NCBI GenBank assembly: GCA_017503725.1
Contig: JAFVSL010000011.1
Coordinates: 7,847-71,846 of the forward strand
Direction of reading: 5' to 3'
From: Alphaproteobacteria bacterium
Lineage (GTDB): Bacteria > Pseudomonadota > Alphaproteobacteria > Rs-D84
DNA length: 64,000 nucleotides
Below are positions 60,019 to 64,000 of this stretch, in pieces. The position numbers were made by a program, and so were the translations under genes. Under the pieces are notes generated by a model. It ran no database searches. It saw only the letters and a list, made by a program, of their open reading frames with translations, and had not been told where the DNA came from. Numbering within the stretch: position 1 is the first letter of the stretch; each line of letters opens with the position of its first letter.

Positions 60019-60026
60019 TTTGTTTC

Positions 60027-60103
60027 TGGTGGGTGGTATTGGACTCGAACCAACGACCTTTACGATGTCAACGTAACGCTCTAACCAACTGAGCTAACCA
60101 CCC
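60027..60103 (-). tRNA. tRNA-Val (anticodon GAC)
   Basis: Reverse complement is GGGTGGTTAGCTCAGTTGGTTAGAGCGTTACGTTGACATCGTAAAGGTCGTTGGTTCGAGTCCAATACCACCCACCA. It has a canonical cloverleaf and an encoded CCA. Confidence 0.9.
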
Positions 60104-60125
60104 AAAACTGTTTTTTATGGGGCTA

Positions 60126-60190
60126 TGTCCGTGAAACCAACGACCTTTACGATATCAATGTAACGCGGCTCACCAACTTTGCTAACCACC
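60126..60190 (-). pseudogene. Degenerate partial copy of tRNA-Val (5' two-thirds; lacks a functional T-arm and acceptor 3' strand)
   Basis: Reverse complement is GGGTGGTTAGCAAAGTTGGTGAGCCGCGTTACATTGATATCGTAAAGGTCGTTGGTTTCACGG…. It shares the 5' acceptor, anticodon-arm and variable-loop sequence with the adjacent tRNA-Val but diverges afterwards and has no CCA. Confidence 0.55.
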
Positions 60191-60263
60191 CAAAATGCCC
60201 CTAGATTATAACAGACTTTTTTCTAATTGCAAATATTAAATACTATGGGATATAATACCAATT

Positions 60264-60437
60264 GTAATGGGGAACCCGTTATGCGAGATTAGAACTCTCG
60301 TCCAACAGTCGCCTGCGCAGGCGTTAATTGCTCCAACCCGTGGTTGGAGGGCGATGAATATATTGAATAAGTCGCTGAGCATACTGTTGTGCAAAGTTCT
60401 AACCTCCAACCACCCCATATTGTGGTGGTTTTTGTTT
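60264..60437 (+). ncRNA. Candidate structured RNA element B (paralogue of element A) with its own promoter and terminator
   Basis: Promoter TTGCAA(60227)-18-TATAAT(60251). Closing helix AGAACTCTCGTCCAACAG (60291-60308) pairs with CTGTTGTGCAAAGTTCT (60384-60400). Internal hairpins are GCCTGC/GCAGGC, CTCCAACC-cgt-GGTTGGAG and GCGAT-[GAATATATTGAATAA]-GTCGC. Terminator CCACC-ccatattgt-GGTGG plus a T-run (60410-60437). Confidence 0.4.
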
Positions 60438-60460
60438 TAACTAAAACAATGGGGGTGGTA

Positions 60461-60655
60461 ATGACACTTGGCCAAGAAATCGAATATATTCGTAAATTGC
60501 GTGGCTTTTCGGTTGTGTATATGTGTAATGCCCTGAATATATTAGAAACTGATTATATGCATATAATTTCCCACGGTGGTCCCCTTAGTGTTTATCAGAA
60601 AATAATGCTGGTTGCGGCGACCGAATACCCGTTTGATAAAATGTCAAATAATTAA
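60461..60655 (+). CDS. Small XRE-like helix-turn-helix protein
   Basis: 64 aa (MTLGQEIEYIRKLRGFSVVYMCNALNILETDYMHIISHGGPLSVYQKIMLVAATEY…), matching the XRE HTH pattern. RBS GGGGGTGG. The start at 60449 is an alternative. Confidence 0.45.
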   Translation: MTLGQEIEYIRKLRGFSVVYMCNALNILETDYMHIISHGGPLSVYQKIMLVAATEYPFDKMSNN

Positions 60656-60659
60656 ATAA

Positions 60660-60688
60660 AAATCCCGGCATTTGCCGGGTTTTTTATT
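60660..60688. terminator. Bidirectional terminator, CCGGCATTTGCCGG family
   Basis: AAAAATCCCGGC-attt-GCCGGGTTTTTT. Confidence 0.6.
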
Positions 60689-62042
60689 CGTCTTTTTTCA
60701 AAAATTTTTCAAGCCATTTATTGTCAAAGTTTAATTGTTTAACATCTTTGTTGGCTAATAATTTCTGTTGCAATGGGATTGTTGTTTTTACCCCCTCGAT
60801 AACGAATTCATCCAACGCACGCGTGGCACGCATAATACACGCCGGTCTGTTTGGTGCATGAACAATCAGTTTCGCAATCATAGAATCGTATGTTGCCGGA
60901 ATTGTGTATCCGGTGTATGCCGCGCTGTCTACGCGAACGCCCATTCCGCCCGCCGGCGCATAAAGTGTTATTTTGCCCGGGTTTGGAACAAAAGTTTCTG
61001 GGTCTTCGGCATTGATACGAAATTCGATTGCGTGCCCATTTGGAATAACGTTTGATTGGTTGTATCCCAATTTTTCGCCGGCGGCAATGCGAATTTGTTC
61101 GCGAACCAGGTCAACGCCATATACCATTTCCGTGACGGGATGTTCAACCTGAAGCCGTGTGTTCATTTCCAGGAAATAGAATTTCCCATCTTCGAACATA
61201 AATTCAAAAGTACCGGCATTTGTATACCCCATTTTCTTGGCGGCGGCTTTGCAAACCTCTATCATATCGTCGCGCTGTTTTTGGGTTAAAATTGCGGCGG
61301 GACATTCCTCCATAACCTTTTGGTTACGACGTTGCAGGGAACAATCACGTTCACCAAAGATTACAACATTGCCGTGTTGATCGCCCAAAACCTGAAATTC
61401 AATATGACGCGGATGGGTTAATAGTTTTTCCATATAAAGCGTGTCGTCACCGAATGCAGATGCTGCCTCGTTCCGGGTTAATTGATATGCCTCTGCCATA
61501 TCATTTTGGGACATAACCGCGCGCATACCGCGTCCACCACCACCGGCGGCGGCCTTTAACATAACGGGGTATCCGATTTTATCGGCGCATTCGATGGCGT
61601 GTTCCAGGCTTGTTATTGCCCCATCCGAACCCGGTACCACCGGCAACCCACATTCAATCGCGGTACGCTTGGCATTAACCTTGTCGCCCATTTTTTCAAT
61701 CATATCTGGTGACGGTCCAATCCAAATCATTTTATGCTGTTCAACCTTGCGGGCAAAGTCCGCACGTTCAGACAGAAAACCATATCCCGGATGAATTGCA
61801 TCAGAATTGGTAAGCAGCGCCGCCGTCAAAATCGCAGATTCATTCAGGTATGAATCACGCACCGCCGCCGGTCCGATACAAACAGATTCGTCCGCCAACT
61901 GTACGTGCATTGCATCCCGGTCTGCGGTTGAATATATCGCAACCGTGCGTATGCCCATATCACGACACGCACGAATAATGCGCAGGGCGATTTCACCACG
62001 ATTGGCAATTAAAACTTTCTTAATTTGTGACATTTTATTCAA
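60684..62042 (-). CDS. accC: Acetyl-CoA carboxylase biotin carboxylase subunit
   Basis: ATP-grasp motifs (…[18 protein letters not shown]…) and a biotin carboxylase C-terminal domain; 452 aa. Confidence 0.93.
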   Translation of the reverse strand: MNKMSQIKKVLIANRGEIALRIIRACRDMGIRTVAIYSTADRDAMHVQLADESVCIGPAAVRDSYLNESAILTAALLTNSDAIHPGYGFLSERADFARKVEQHKMIWIGPSPDMIEKMGDKVNAKRTAIECGLPVVPGSDGAITSLEHAIECADKIGYPVMLKAAAGGGGRGMRAVMSQNDMAEAYQLTRNEAASAFGDDTLYMEKLLTHPRHIEFQVLGDQHGNVVIFGERDCSLQRRNQKVMEECPAAILTQKQRDDMIEVCKAAAKKMGYTNAGTFEFMFEDGKFYFLEMNTRLQVEHPVTEMVYGVDLVREQIRIAAGEKLGYNQSNVIPNGHAIEFRINAEDPETFVPNPGKITLYAPAGGMGVRVDSAAYTGYTIPATYDSMIAKLIVHAPNRPACIMRATRALDEFVIEGVKTTIPLQQKLLANKDVKQLNFDNKWLEKFLKKDE

Positions 62043-62472
62043 TAACGATTAAAGGTTGGTCAAATTCAACCGCCGCCCCGTCTGTTACCAAAATTTCTTT
62101 GACGGTGCCGTCTTTGTCAGACTTTATCGGGTTAAATGTTTTCATTGCCTCGACCAGTGCGACCGTATCGCCGGCCTTGACCGATGCGCCAACGGTAACG
62201 AATGGTTTTGCGCCCGGCTCTGGTGCCAGGTATACAACCCCCACCATTGGGGATTTTAATGCGCATCCATTGATTTTATCTTCGCACGTTGCACCCATTT
62301 TTTTTGTTTCAACACCCGGTGCAGATACCGCAACCGTTGCAGCCTGTTGCTTAGACAAATGAATATGTTTACGGTACAGCCCGAACAAGAACTGACGTTC
62401 CAGGTTTAATTCAGTAATCCCCATTTCATCCATGATTTTTGACATAGATTCCACGGTTGCACGAAATGACAT
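62035..62472 (-). CDS. accB: Biotin carboxyl carrier protein
   Basis: Biotinyl-lysine motif …[13 protein letters not shown]… and a C-terminal lipoyl-like domain; 145 aa. Confidence 0.88.
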   Translation of the reverse strand: MSFRATVESMSKIMDEMGITELNLERQFLFGLYRKHIHLSKQQAATVAVSAPGVETKKMGATCEDKINGCALKSPMVGVVYLAPEPGAKPFVTVGASVKAGDTVALVEAMKTFNPIKSDKDGTVKEILVTDGAAVEFDQPLIVIE

Positions 62473-62545
62473 TTATAAATCCTTTTAATAAATTTTACAT
62501 CATATCCCATAAATTTTATCACAAAGTACCACATTGTCAAGCATA

Positions 62546-62791
62546 TCAGGGTACCGGGTCATATCCAAACCCACCCCCCGGTCGACAGCGCCAAATACGC
62601 TTTATTCCCATCCAGGTCCCGCGAAATGCGCCGTGTTTTTCAATTGCCTGCCTTGTGTATTCGCTGCATGTTGGGGTAAATCGGCACGCCGCCCGTCCAC
62701 CAATAAATGGTGAAATACACGCCTGGTACATCCGCACCAGTCCGATTAGCGCACGCTTTGTAATACTTTGATTATTTTTGTGGTTGTCCAT
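62546..62791 (-). CDS. yidD: Membrane protein insertion efficiency factor YidD
   Basis: …[46 protein letters not shown] is the YidD signature. The gene overlaps rnpA. Confidence 0.8.
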   Translation of the reverse strand: MDNHKNNQSITKRALIGLVRMYQACISPFIGGRAACRFTPTCSEYTRQAIEKHGAFRGTWMGIKRIWRCRPGGGFGYDPVP

Positions 62792-63125
62792 TTTTATAGG
62801 TTTTTTTTATCCAGTGTAACGCTTTGCGCATAGCGATGCGTCCCTCTTCCCTGGTGGCGTTCAGAATCGGCGCACGCGCCACGAATATATAGTCCATATT
62901 TGGTAGCATCATATCACTGTGGAATTGAATCCAGTCCCGCAACAGGCGTTTTGCGCGATTTCTGTCAACGGCGTGTTTAAATGTCCGCTTTGTCACGACC
63001 AGTCCATATCGCGCATCGTTGGGGTATTTTGCGTATTTTGCCCGCACGATAAAGTACGACGACAGGCCCGACAAATCATCGGGGGATACGGCAAAATCAC
63101 TATGATTTTTAATTGTGTTACGCAT
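62772..63125 (-). CDS. rnpA: Ribonuclease P protein component
   Basis: 117 aa, basic, with the motif …[12 protein letters not shown]… (the RNR motif equivalent). It lies upstream of yidD. Confidence 0.78.
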   Translation of the reverse strand: MRNTIKNHSDFAVSPDDLSGLSSYFIVRAKYAKYPNDARYGLVVTKRTFKHAVDRNRAKRLLRDWIQFHSDMMLPNMDYIFVARAPILNATREEGRIAMRKALHWIKKTYKNGQPQK

Positions 63126-63240
63126 GGTCTTTATAATAACACATAAATTAAATAGTCAAACTTTTTTTATGCCCGCATCTTGATTTTTAGCAATCCCCGT
63201 TTTATAGTGACGTGAACGTATTTATAAATCATGATTTTAG

Positions 63241-64000
<760 letters not shown>

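Noticed and set aside
20996-60375. The shared 15-mer ATATATTGAATAAGT at 20996 and 60361 might mark the two ends (att sites) of a mobile island of about 39 kb.
   Set aside because: The intervening 39 kb is dominated by core housekeeping genes (ychF, topA, dnaG, mrdA, pheST, mutS, ileS, metG, rpoH and others) with no integrase or transposase. The homology extends about 120 nt as structured RNA-like elements rather than short att repeats. It is better explained as paralogous RNA elements.

Overview
AT-rich (about 40% GC) proteobacterial chromosome segment. Gene content and gene order suggest a reduced, possibly host-associated or endosymbiont-like alphaproteobacterium; this is inference from context. 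Most of the window is densely packed housekeeping genes. These are: gyrB, lpxC and lpxK, the rmlBDCA dTDP-rhamnose operon, ychF, a co-directional mreC-mreD-mrdA-rodA-topA-dnaG array, rpmI-rplT-pheS-pheT, xseB-mutS-truB-rpsO, rsmE, nth, ileS, mnmG-fabG-fabD-queH-metG, rpoH, accB and accC, yidD-rnpA, and a 5' part of mreB. Five tRNA loci are present: fMet, Thr(GGU), Thr(CGU), Val(GAC) and a degenerate Val copy. Secretion and pilus machinery is interleaved with these genes. One locus is a four-gene type IVb-pilus-like assembly module: a bitopic PilO/BfpC-like protein, a PilP-HR-domain protein, a GspE/PilB-type ATPase with a tetracysteine motif, and a GspF/PilC-type platform protein. No secretin, pilin or prepilin peptidase is nearby. 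A second locus is a virB3-virB4 pair followed by a secreted HExxH protein. Upstream of it lies an intergenic region carrying at least six copies of TTTTCAACA. An orphan virD4 coupling protein sits 23 kb away. The most unusual non-coding signal is a pair of homologous, structured RNA elements of about 150-170 nt at roughly 20.9-21.07 kb and 60.26-60.44 kb. Each has a long closing helix, internal hairpins with compensatory stem changes around a conserved loop (AAUAUAUUGAAUAAG), and an intrinsic terminator directly upstream of a small ORF. They are either sRNA paralogues or a new attenuator or riboswitch-like leader family. Other notable points follow. tRNA-fMet is followed by a duplicated 50-bp copy of its 3' end plus terminator, flanking a 125-nt structured insert. 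tRNA-Val has an adjacent degenerate tRNA-Val copy. A radical-SAM protein with a CxxxCxxC motif is fused into the topA-dnaG operon. A short stand-alone SufB/D-like protein is present. A cytoplasmic NlpC/P60 peptidase occupies the rsmG position after mnmG. A Cys-rich small protein is translationally coupled to queH. Many terminators share the hairpin CCGGCATTTGCCGG. An unlisted rpmJ (L36, 44 aa) lies at 20471-20605. No CRISPR arrays, IS elements, transposases or integrases were seen.
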